A stretch of 32,000 nt of DNA from Edaphobacter aggregans. GTDB taxonomy: Bacteria; Acidobacteriota; Terriglobia; Terriglobales; Acidobacteriaceae. Below, one piece after another: positions 18,394 through 27,006 of this stretch (positions are counted from its first letter, which is position 1; each line of letters opens with the position of its first letter). Below the pieces are notes generated by a model, which was not told the DNA's origin, made no database searches, and saw nothing but the letters and a program-made list of their open reading frames with translations. The translations under genes were made by a program, and so were the position numbers. The stretch spans positions 4,080,001-4,112,000 of the forward strand of contig NZ_RSDW01000001.1 of NCBI RefSeq assembly GCF_003945235.1, given 5' to 3'.

Positions 18394-18437
18394 GGCCTCA
18401 TCGTCGCAAAGGATATAAATCCTTTCGACATGAGGCC
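18394..18437 (+). terminator. long imperfect hairpin downstream of rocD (terminator-like, no T-tract)
   Basis: GGCCTCAT(C)GTCG(C)AAAGGAT - ATAA - ATCCTTTCGACATGAGGCC gives about 19 bp with two single-base bulges. It overlaps the 18430 start in the ORF track, which argues for the 18508 start of the next gene. Confidence 0.4.
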
Positions 18438-18507
18438 CTCAGGCTTACGACCTCAAGCCTGCATCCGTCTTACAGGGGCTTCAAGTCGTTTGGAGGCTTT
18501 CGTTTCG

Positions 18508-20217
18508 ATGATGCGATACCCAAAGTCCCTCTCACTGGCAGCAACTTTCCTTCTCTTTTCTTCTCTCCTTCACGCACAGCAGCCCAAGACGCTCACGCCG
18601 TCCGAAACTGATCTCTGGAATCATCGCCTCGGCCCCGAGAGGGCCATTCACCTTACAGCGGCAGAGTCCGCGGACCTCCAGCGTCACCTCGGTGGTCATG
18701 AATACCTCGAGTACGAGATCGTCGTCTCTGAGAACGGTCGCGTCGAGTCTGCAACGCTTCTCCCCAACGCCCAGCTCGACTCGCTCAAACCCCACACGGA
18801 GGAAGGGCAGGGCATCGAACTCTCCCATATCTTCAAACCCTGGCTTCAGGATGGCCGACCCATCAAGGTCAGCATCCACGATTACGTCAGTCTTTATCCA
18901 CCCGAGCAGTGGGGCGAGCCCAGCATCCTCTTTCCAGAGGTCACCGAGCTCTCCTCCGTCAAAATCAGCCTCACCCGAACCCCTTGCTACGGCACTTGTC
19001 CGGGTTACGCAGTCACTATCTCGGGCGACGGCGTCATTCACTACACCGGCGGTCACATGGTCCTCATCCCCGGAGACCACATCGCTCACATTAAGCCCGA
19101 TGCAGTCCGCGAACTCCTGCAGAGCTTCCGCAAAGCAGACCTTTTCTCGGCAAAGGATGAATACCGCGGCAACTGGACTGACAATCCTACCCAGACCATT
19201 ACCCTCGTGATCGGCACACGCCATAAGACCGTCATCGACTACGTTGGCACCGATGCCGGTCTTCCCCTCGCAATCCGCAACCTGGAAGAGCAGATCGACG
19301 AAGTCGCCGATACCAAACGTTGGGTCAAGTTCGACAGCAACACGCTGCCCTCGCTGTTGGAAGAAAAATGGCCATTCAAGTCATCCAGCGAGCAGAACCT
19401 CGCGCTCTACTCCAGCGCCATCACCAGCAGAAATACCGCTCTCATCCATCAATATGTGGCATCGGCGGCCCCTATCGTCGCACCGGTTGCCGGCACTGCA
19501 TCCCCTGTTTGCGTCGTCAGCTCAGTCGGAGACGTGTCTCTCGTCAAGAGTATGACGGAGTACACCAAAACCTTTCCACCCCGTGTCCTCAACGAATGCC
19601 TTTCATCTTCAGCGCGCAGCGGAAACCTCACCCTCCTGCAGCTTTGGCTCGATCACGGTGCCGATCCCAGGGCAAAGCCAGAAAAGATCAAGGGAGATTG
19701 GATATCAGATGTAGGTCCCTTGCCCAACGCCCTCATCTCCGGCAATGCCGATGTCGTTCGCAAGCTGCTCGACTACAAGGTCGATGTGCATGCCAATGTG
19801 CAAGAAAATGAACCCCTCCTCTTTTGGGCACTCGAGCGTAACCAGTCCAAAGACGAGGGTCAGCAGATAGCCGAGATTATTACCATGCTTGCCGAGGCAG
19901 GAGCCGACGTAAATGTCCGTGGCAACATGAACGAGACGCCCATCTTCGCTGCAAACTACCACCCCGAAGCGATCAAAGCTCTCCTCGCTGCCGGTGCAGA
20001 CATCGAGGCGCGCGACAGAAATGGCAACACCCCGCTCATCCGTAATGCTTTTATGGAAAAAGTAGTTCGTGAGCTTCTCGCCGACGGAGCGGATCCTGCA
20101 GCTGTAGCGAAGAACGGCGACACGGCGCTTAAGAACGCCCACCAGTATAGTTGTCCTGCATGTGCCACTCTCATCGAAGAAGCGCTCGAAAAGCGCGTCG
20201 CGAGTCTTCCAAGATAG
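18508..20217 (+). CDS. secreted protein with a DUF6438-like (CYGTCP) domain and C-terminal ankyrin repeats
   Basis: Signal peptide MMRYPKSLSLAATFLLFSSLLHAQQ. TRTPCYGTCPGYAVTISGDG matches the DUF6438 motif as I recall it. There are 4-5 ankyrin-like repeats (GADVNVRGNMNETPIFAA..., AGADIEARDRNGNTPLIRNA..., DGADPAAVAKNGDTALKNA). Confidence 0.75.
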   Translation: MMRYPKSLSLAATFLLFSSLLHAQQPKTLTPSETDLWNHRLGPERAIHLTAAESADLQRHLGGHEYLEYEIVVSENGRVESATLLPNAQLDSLKPHTEEGQGIELSHIFKPWLQDGRPIKVSIHDYVSLYPPEQWGEPSILFPEVTELSSVKISLTRTPCYGTCPGYAVTISGDGVIHYTGGHMVLIPGDHIAHIKPDAVRELLQSFRKADLFSAKDEYRGNWTDNPTQTITLVIGTRHKTVIDYVGTDAGLPLAIRNLEEQIDEVADTKRWVKFDSNTLPSLLEEKWPFKSSSEQNLALYSSAITSRNTALIHQYVASAAPIVAPVAGTASPVCVVSSVGDVSLVKSMTEYTKTFPPRVLNECLSSSARSGNLTLLQLWLDHGADPRAKPEKIKGDWISDVGPLPNALISGNADVVRKLLDYKVDVHANVQENEPLLFWALERNQSKDEGQQIAEIITMLAEAGADVNVRGNMNETPIFAANYHPEAIKALLAAGADIEARDRNGNTPLIRNAFMEKVVRELLADGADPAAVAKNGDTALKNAHQYSCPACATLIEEALEKRVASLPR

Positions 20218-20324
20218 GAGGGCTTATTGCTCCTGTTAGCCTTCTTGGGTTGCGCGCGGAAACGCCGCACAGTCGACCCCTCGCAACTCCCCCACAAAGG
20301 TGGGATACTTAAAGTCAAACCGAC

Positions 20325-20726
20325 ATGCCGATCACCGAACCCATCAAAGCCCGCGGCCGCAACGTACTCGGTCAACCGCTCGACATCTGTGGCTGCGAGC
20401 CCATGACCGGCTTCTACCGCACCGGATGCTGCGAAACCGGCCCTGACGACTTCGGCGTCCACACCATCTGCTGCATCGTCGACGAAGAGTTCCTCCGCGT
20501 CTCCAAGGCTCTCGGCAACGACCTTAGCACCCCGATGCTCCAGCACGGCTTCCCGGGCCTCAAGCCCGGCGACCGCTGGTGCGTTTGCGCCGCGCGTTGG
20601 CTCCAGGTCCAGCAAGCCGGAGCAGCCTGCCCGATCGTCCTCGAAGCCACCCATGAGGCCACCCTGGCCATCGTCCCCTTCGAACTGCTGATCCAATACG
20701 CAGTAATCCCTGACCAGCTCCACTAA
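20325..20726 (+). CDS. DUF2237 family protein
   Basis: Cys-rich pattern typical of DUF2237 (NVLGQPLDICGCEPMTGFYRTGCCETGPDDFGVHTICC ... GDRWCVCAARW). Confidence 0.8.
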   Translation: MPITEPIKARGRNVLGQPLDICGCEPMTGFYRTGCCETGPDDFGVHTICCIVDEEFLRVSKALGNDLSTPMLQHGFPGLKPGDRWCVCAARWLQVQQAGAACPIVLEATHEATLAIVPFELLIQYAVIPDQLH

Positions 20727-20782
20727 AGTCAGCCACGCGCTTTGTGTCCACGCCGTAATCCCTGACCAACTCCATTCTAGTC
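20699..20782 (+). repeat. 32-nt imperfect direct repeat duplicating the 3' end of the DUF2237 gene
   Basis: CGCAGTAATCCCTGACCAGCTCCACTAAAGTC (20699-20730) and CGCCGTAATCCCTGACCAACTCCATTCTAGTC (20751-20782) match at 27 of 32 positions at a 52-bp offset, by manual alignment. Confidence 0.6.
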
Positions 20783-20987
20783 GATTCGTCGGCATCACAA
20801 ACCTACCCAAAATCGAAGCCAAAACCTTTTGTTACCAAAAGTTGATCAAATTGGCCTTGACAGAGCTTCTTCTAGGCCTGACCGTAGAAGTAATACAAAA
20901 ATTCTCTCTTCGGCTACAACCGAATGATTCTGGCAGACACTACAGCCGAATCAGGAACTGTTTTTGTTTTAAAGGAGCCCAGTACCC

Positions 20988-23900
20988 ATGACTCGTCCCT
21001 CAGGCTGTAAGCTCGCACTTGCCCTAGCAGCAGCGGCTCTTCTCGCCGTCTCCGCTGTCCTGCCTGCCTCCGGGCAGACCTCAGGCGTCGGCAACATCAC
21101 CGGCACCGTCACTGACTCTTCTGGTGCGACCGTCACCAACGCCACCGTTGTCGTGCTCGACACCGATACCGGCATCTCCCGCACCCTGACCACAGACTCC
21201 GATGGCCGTTACAGCGCCACCTTCCTCCAGCCCGGTCACTACGAGCTCATACTCGGCGGAGGCGCCTTCGGTAAGATCGATCGCAAGAACCTTGTCCTCA
21301 CTGTAGGCCAGACCCTCACCATAGACGCCGCGCTTCCTGCCGCTACCGTCTCCTCTGAGGTCACCGTCTCCAGCGAAACCCCAATCCTCGATACCGAGAA
21401 GACCGAGGTCTCCCAGACCGTCGACCAGCAGCTTATCTCCAATATTCCTGTCAACAGCCGCAACTGGAGTGCCTTCGTCCTGCTCACCCCCAACGTCGTC
21501 CAGGACGGCGGCAGCGGCCTGGTCAGCTTTCACGGCATCTCCGGCCTCTACAACCAGAACTACGTCGACGGTGCCAACAACAACCAGATGCTCTTCTCGG
21601 AAGCTCGTGGCCGTGCATCAGGAGCACCCTACGTCTACTCCCTCGACTCCATCAAGGAATTCCAGGCCCAGGTCGGCAACTATTCTGTCGAGTTCGGTCA
21701 GGCCGCTGGCGGTCAGGTCAACGCCATCACCAAGTCTGGCACCAACGCCATCCACGGCGATGCCTTCTACTTCCTCCGTTACCCTGGTCTCAATGCCCTC
21801 GATCCGTATAACAAGTGGCAGGCCCTGCACAACAACGGCAACCCATTCCTCCTTACCCAGCCCATCCACCAGCAGCATCAGTTTGGCGGCTCGGTTGGCG
21901 GCCCCATCGTCAAGGATCGGCTCTTCTACTTCTTCACCTATGATGGCTTCCGCCGTGTCGGTCGTGTTCTCTTCGCCAATACCAATACCATCTCGCTGAC
22001 CCCTTCCGGCGCTACCAGCTCCACAACCACAATCACCCCTACGCAGTGCCCGACCACGATCTCGGCGACACAGTGCAACAGTGCCATCAACTTCCTGCTC
22101 CAGACCTCCGGCGCCACCACTGCCCCACCCTCGCGCTTCAGCAAGCAGAACATCTTCTTCCCTCGTCTCGACTGGCACATCAACAGCAGAAACGACGCCT
22201 TTGTAAACTACAACTACGCGAACTTCGACTCGACCTTCGGGTACAGCGGCGCTCCTACCTTTACCAACAGCTCGCCCAGCACCAACGGCCCTACCAGCTA
22301 CCACGAGCGCTTCCTCATCGCCGGCCTCACCACCCAGATCTCTGGCCGCTCCGTCAATCAGGTCCACTTCCAATTCGGTCGCGATCTTGAGACTGCAGGC
22401 GCCAATGCGCCTGGACCCAGCGTTGGAATGGGCGTCATCACCTACGGCATGCCGAACGCTCTGCCTCGCGTGGCCGAGCCCGACGAGCATCGCATCCAGT
22501 TCACCAACGTCTTCTCCACCGTCCGTGGCCGTCACTCCATAAAGGTCGGTGGCGATCTCAACTTCGTCCACGAGGTCATGATCAACCTCTTCCAGGGCGG
22601 GGGCGTCTACAGCTACAGTGGCTCCAGTCCCCTGCAGAACTTCCAGAGCTGGGTACAGGACTCATTCCGCGGCCAGCCTGGCGACACCGATCCCTACGCT
22701 GGCTATCACTACACCAGCTTCGTCCAGACCGTTGACCAGGTGAATCCTGGCAACCGTGCTGGTGCCGACGACTTCTGGATGAAGATGTTCGATGGCTTCG
22801 CCGAAGATTCCTGGAAGGTGAATCAAAACCTCACCGTCAACATTGGCGTGCGCTACGACGTCCAGCTCACCCCTGCGCCCACCAAAAACAACACCAACTA
22901 CGATCCGATCTCGACCTTCTACTCGAGCACCATCAAGAATGTCACCAACCGTGTTCAGCCGCGTATCGGCTTCAGCTGGAGCCCCTATACCGGCACTGTC
23001 GTCCGTGGCGGCTATGGTCTCTTCTCTGCGCTCAACCAGGGCAGCACCTACTATGCCATGCGCGTGGAAAATGGCATCGTCCAGGTCAACTACAACTACA
23101 ACGGCTGCGGACCGACCTGCTCCAGTCTCCCTTCCAACGGACTGGCCTTCCCCAACGTTCCCTTCCAGCCCACTGGCCCATCCATTTCGGGATCGCTGTT
23201 TCCCACCGGTGGTGTCGCGCCTGCTGTTGCAGGCCCCTCGCTCCTCGGCACTCAGAGCTTCCATGGTCTGGATCCCAACTTTGTTCCCCCTCTATCGCAC
23301 GAGGCTGAGCTAGCTGTCGAACAGGCTCTCCCCGGTAAGATGTCCCTCTCTGTCGGCTACGTGGGCACCCGCGCCCTTCGTCTGCCAGTCTTCCTCGATG
23401 CAAATCTCATCGGCCAGACCCCGCACGGCTCGCGCACGTATAACGTCCTCGATGTCAACGGGAATGTAGTCAAACAACTCACTGTCCCCGTCTACCTCTC
23501 CACCGATCGCCGCGATTCCCGGCTCGCGGCCTACAACACCGGCTTTAGCGTAGCCAACACCTGGTACAACTCCATGGCTGTCACGCTTCGTCGTCCGTTC
23601 CAGAATGGACTCGAGCTGCTTGCCAACTACACATGGTCTCGTGCCACGGATACCGACCAAGTGCAGGGCAACTTCGGCACCTTCTACGGTGGGAACGTTG
23701 CACTTGATCCCAACAACGTCCGGGCTGAGAACGGCCTCTCCGACATCGACGTCCGTAACCGCTTCGTCCTGAGCTTTGTTTACAAGCCGCAGATATTCCA
23801 GGACAACCGCTGGGTCAACACCATCGTCAACGGCTTTACCTTCTCCGGTAGCCAGATCGCCTCTGCCGGCCAGCCCATCGCGGCTAGCATGTCGGGAACC

Positions 23901-24371
23901 GTCTTCAATGGCAGTGCTGCCAGCAACGGGATCACCGGTGCCGGCGGTAACATTTACGGCGGTGCAATGAGCTCCAGTTCGGGCGCTGCCACCACCGGCC
24001 GGCCTCCACAGATCGGCCGCAACAGCATCATCGGACCCGGATTCAATAACCTTGACTTCCGTATCTCCCGCGATGTTCCCATCCACGAGAGCATCAAGCT
24101 CCAGTTCACCGGCGAGGCCTTCAACCTGCTCAACCACAAGATCATCACCGGCGTGAACTCCACCTACTCGGCCTACACTGCAGCTACTGCGACGAGTACC
24201 ACCTGCAAGCTCGGATCCTCGGCGCCTGCGGGCTCTCCGCTGCAGGGCTGCATCGCCCCCTTCACCACTCCAACCACGGCGGCTGCATCAGTCTTCGGAT
24301 CTGCGACTGGCACCAACAACACCCTCTACGGCCCGCGTCAGCTTCAGGTGGGCGCAAAGCTCTTCTTCTAA
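20988..24371 (+). CDS. TonB-dependent outer-membrane receptor with an N-terminal carboxypeptidase-regulatory-like domain
   Basis: Signal peptide (AVSAVLPASGQT). CarboxypepD_reg-like block GNITGTVTDSSGATVTNATVVVLDTDTGISRTLTTDSDGRYSATFLQPGHYEL. Plug-like region (NSRNWSAFVLLTPNV ... FHGISGLYNQNYVDGANN). Long beta-barrel ending LQVGAKLFF with a terminal Phe. AAGGAG lies 10 nt upstream of the ATG. Confidence 0.9.
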   Translation: MTRPSGCKLALALAAAALLAVSAVLPASGQTSGVGNITGTVTDSSGATVTNATVVVLDTDTGISRTLTTDSDGRYSATFLQPGHYELILGGGAFGKIDRKNLVLTVGQTLTIDAALPAATVSSEVTVSSETPILDTEKTEVSQTVDQQLISNIPVNSRNWSAFVLLTPNVVQDGGSGLVSFHGISGLYNQNYVDGANNNQMLFSEARGRASGAPYVYSLDSIKEFQAQVGNYSVEFGQAAGGQVNAITKSGTNAIHGDAFYFLRYPGLNALDPYNKWQALHNNGNPFLLTQPIHQQHQFGGSVGGPIVKDRLFYFFTYDGFRRVGRVLFANTNTISLTPSGATSSTTTITPTQCPTTISATQCNSAINFLLQTSGATTAPPSRFSKQNIFFPRLDWHINSRNDAFVNYNYANFDSTFGYSGAPTFTNSSPSTNGPTSYHERFLIAGLTTQISGRSVNQVHFQFGRDLETAGANAPGPSVGMGVITYGMPNALPRVAEPDEHRIQFTNVFSTVRGRHSIKVGGDLNFVHEVMINLFQGGGVYSYSGSSPLQNFQSWVQDSFRGQPGDTDPYAGYHYTSFVQTVDQVNPGNRAGADDFWMKMFDGFAEDSWKVNQNLTVNIGVRYDVQLTPAPTKNNTNYDPISTFYSSTIKNVTNRVQPRIGFSWSPYTGTVVRGGYGLFSALNQGSTYYAMRVENGIVQVNYNYNGCGPTCSSLPSNGLAFPNVPFQPTGPSISGSLFPTGGVAPAVAGPSLLGTQSFHGLDPNFVPPLSHEAELAVEQALPGKMSLSVGYVGTRALRLPVFLDANLIGQTPHGSRTYNVLDVNGNVVKQLTVPVYLSTDRRDSRLAAYNTGFSVANTWYNSMAVTLRRPFQNGLELLANYTWSRATDTDQVQGNFGTFYGGNVALDPNNVRAENGLSDIDVRNRFVLSFVYKPQIFQDNRWVNTIVNGFTFSGSQIASAGQPIAASMSGTVFNGSAASNGITGAGGNIYGGAMSSSSGAATTGRPPQIGRNSIIGPGFNNLDFRISRDVPIHESIKLQFTGEAFNLLNHKIITGVNSTYSAYTAATATSTTCKLGSSAPAGSPLQGCIAPFTTPTTAAASVFGSATGTNNTLYGPRQLQVGAKLFF

Positions 24372-24384
24372 CCTAGCCGCATAA

Positions 24385-24421
24385 CGAGACGGCTCCGGTT
24401 ATCCGGAGCCGTCTCGTTTTT
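24385..24421 (+). terminator. strong rho-independent terminator of the TonB-dependent receptor gene
   Basis: CGAGACGGCTCCGG - TTAT - CCGGAGCCGTCTCG forms a perfect 14-bp stem followed by TTTTT. Confidence 0.88.
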
Positions 24422-24507
24422 AACTGAAAACTGACCAACTGACTTGAGCCCAATCCAGCCCGGAGAGTGTATAACCTCAGAGCAACAGATCAACCAAGGA
24501 GCTCGGC

Positions 24508-24816
24508 ATGACCAAATTTCCACATCTGCGCGAAGTCCTGATAGCCGTGGCCGCATTGACGATTGGCTGGTGGGCCCATAGCACTCGTCCGGTACAGGCC
24601 CAGGCCGCCGGTCCCGCGATGCTTAACTATGAGTTCAACAACATCGGCCCGGGCACCTCCCTCTCTCTCTACAATCCTGCCGACAACACCATCTACGTCT
24701 ACCCGGGAATCACTTCCGGCAACTCCAGAACCCATTGCAGCTTCCGCATTCGTCTCGGTACGCCGCTCGGAGGCCCAATCGAACGCGAAACCTGCCCTCG
24801 CGGTAGCCTCCGCTAA
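24508..24816 (+). CDS. small exported hypothetical protein (102 aa, two Cys)
   Basis: AAGGAG lies 7 nt upstream of the ATG. N-terminal hydrophobic segment with AQA-type cleavage context (VLIAVAALTIGWWAHSTRPVQAQAAGP). Mature part is about 70 aa with a Cys pair (HCSF...ETCP). No family recognised. Confidence 0.55.
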   Translation: MTKFPHLREVLIAVAALTIGWWAHSTRPVQAQAAGPAMLNYEFNNIGPGTSLSLYNPADNTIYVYPGITSGNSRTHCSFRIRLGTPLGGPIERETCPRGSLR

Positions 24817-25018
24817 CCTATTTTGCATAACGACTATCCCAATATGATGGGAAAACCTTGTCAGGCTGCCGAACCAACGATCGCTTTTTTAATCATCAAG
24901 ATAGCCTCGCACAACGATTTCGTATAACTCGCCATAATGGGATATAGCTCATGAGAAAGGCAGGAAAACCCGGTCCCCAGTCGGGTTTCCTCATTTAAGG
25001 TGGCAGGATGTTGCTCAC

Positions 25019-26276
25019 ATGCACCAGCTTATGGGAACTTTGCGCGTTTTTCTGGGCGTAGCGGCATTCTATGCCCTGCTGGGATTCGCGACCCCGATGC
25101 TGGTTGACCGTTGGTCTGGCGGCGACCCCGACAAGGCTGGAAGGGCCTATGCGGTAAATGTGGTCGGGTGCATTCTTGGGCCTTTGCTTGCAGGATTCCT
25201 ATTGCTGCCGTTCTTCAACGAACGTTGGGTGCTATTTGTTTTTTTCCTTGCCATGGCTGATTGTGGGGTTGAATCCGGGGTGGTGGATAGGAAGACAAGA
25301 GAAGAAAACTGAGGGAGTCTGGATTTTCAGAGGTTCTTACGTGGCCGCGGTGTTCGCAATTGGATTGGTTCTGATCACGAGGAGCTTTGAAACCCAGTTT
25401 CCCAAACGTGCTACTCTCCGCGACCATACCGCGACCACGATGGCTGTGGGCGACGGCTTCGGAAGGGACCTGCGGGTTAACGGGCAGGGCATGACGGGCT
25501 TGACTCCCATTACAAAAGATGATGGCCCACCTGCCGTGGCCTCTCTCGATCATCCGCCGGAGACGGGCTTGGTTGTGTGTTTCGGCATGGGGACAACATT
25601 TCGCTCGATGCGGTCATGGAATATCCAGACCACTGCGGTCGAGTTGGTACCCAGCGTTCCCAAGCTCTTCTGGTATTTCCATTCCGACGCGGCGCAATTG
25701 CTTAGTTCTCCTGCATCACACATCGAGATCGACGACGGTCGCCGCTTTTTGGAACGCACCACGCAGAAATACGATGTGATCGCTATCGATCCTCCACCTC
25801 CGTTGGAGTCGGCGGGATCGAGTTTGTTGTACTCGAGGGAATTTTATTCGACTATCAAGCAGAGATTGAAGCCTGGAGGGATATTGCAGCAATGGCTGCC
25901 CCCCGCTGAGCCAGAAGTTCAAGCCGCAGTAGCCCGAGCTTTGCAGGAATCGTTCCCGTACGTGCGCGTTTTTGTAAGTGTGACTGGTGAGGGTCTGCAT
26001 TTCCTTGCAAGTGACGCGGCTTTCCGCCGTCGTAGTGCCGAGGAACTAGTTCAGCAGATGCCGACAACAGCCGCCAAGGATATGGTCGAATGGGGACCGT
26101 ATACAACTCCGAGCCGTCAGTTCGCAGCAATCCTTGATACTGAATTTCCTCTGAACCGGCTGCTGACAGCATCGCCACGAACGCTCGCGATGCAGGACGA
26201 CCGGCCTGTAAACGAGTACTTCCTCCTGCGTCGGTTGAGGAAGGCTCTGAGAACTACTTCGGGTAAGATCCCCTGA
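25019..26276 (+). pseudogene. spermidine-synthase-like (polyamine aminopropyltransferase fold, membrane-anchored type) gene, frameshifted and probably 5'-truncated
   Basis: Two overlapping ORFs (25019..25312 and 25158..26276) read as one protein if one T is removed from the T7 run at 25239-25245 (ERWVLFVF|SLPWLIVGL). The upstream part has a TM helix motif (YAVNVVGCILGPLLAGFLLLPFF). The downstream part has SpeE-like motifs (LVVCFGMGTTF, AVELVP, IDDGRRFL, YDVIAIDPPPP, YSREFY). An in-frame TAA at 24935 blocks any longer N-terminus. Confidence 0.6.
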
Positions 26277-27006
26277 ATGGCGCTCGCGTCGAGGGTTCCT
26301 AGGGAAAAGGCTTTGTTAAATTTATCCTGGACCTTCAATGGCTGATTGTGCGAGCGCCGTCAGACGCCCCAAACTAATAGCAGCCATCTCAGCTCTAGAT
26401 CAGTTTCAGCTCAACGGCCCTATGTTGCGATCTTGACAGGACGAACCTCAAATTTGAAGAGGACATCGCGGCCCTTGAGAACATTTCAGGAACTAGTGGA
26501 CTTCTCGAGTCCATGTTGGTCGATATCTCCGGTGCCTGGAGACAGCCGATCTCGACCAAAAACAAAGAGTTCAAAATGTCCTGTTTCCGAACGGGTTAAA
26601 ATACCACCCTGAAAAAGGGATTTTGAACTCGGACAACGATTGTCTTTTCAGCCAGTTGGAGGCGTTCTTGGGCGGAAAAATGAGGATGGTGCGCCCTAAG
26701 CGACGATTTCAGAACATGGATGCGCCCCATATTGTTCCGTCCGATTGCGTGAATCTTAGGTCCTGAACCGGTTGTTTGCGTAGTCCACATTTTTTTCGTT
26801 TTAAAAACATCATATGGCGTCCACAAACAGTTATTCGAAAGAGTCCTCGGAGAGACTGGTTGAGTTTTTCGAAAATCCCGTTTTCAGGTTGTTTTTGAAT
26901 GCAGGCCTGAGATAAGTGGCCACAAAGGCGTTTGTCGTTACGCACCATAGCTGCATCTCTTTTTTCAAGGGCCTTATTACTGTTGAGGCTATACTTACCC
27001 TTGTCC

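Noticed and set aside
19956-20822. 288-aa minus-strand ORF spanning the ankyrin gene end, the spacer and DUF2237
   Set aside because: It is antisense to two well-supported genes and has low-complexity Ala/Gly/Arg composition. This is the typical shadow ORF of a high-GC sequence.
21081-24137. Several long minus-strand ORFs (21081-21533, 21618-22571, 22662-23264, 23310-24137) and alternate-frame plus ORFs inside the TonB-dependent receptor gene
   Set aside because: All are antisense or out of frame relative to a 1127-aa ORF with clear family motifs. Their composition (Gly/Val/Asp/Ala or Ser/Pro/Thr runs) is typical of shadow frames.
24385-24416. Shared CGAGACG(G/C)C arm in hairpins at 28-60, 18387-18437 and 24385-24416 as a possible REP-like repeat family
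   Set aside because: The similarity covers only about 8-9 nt. In the 18.4-kb element this string lies outside the stem. Three occurrences are compatible with chance in GC-rich terminators.
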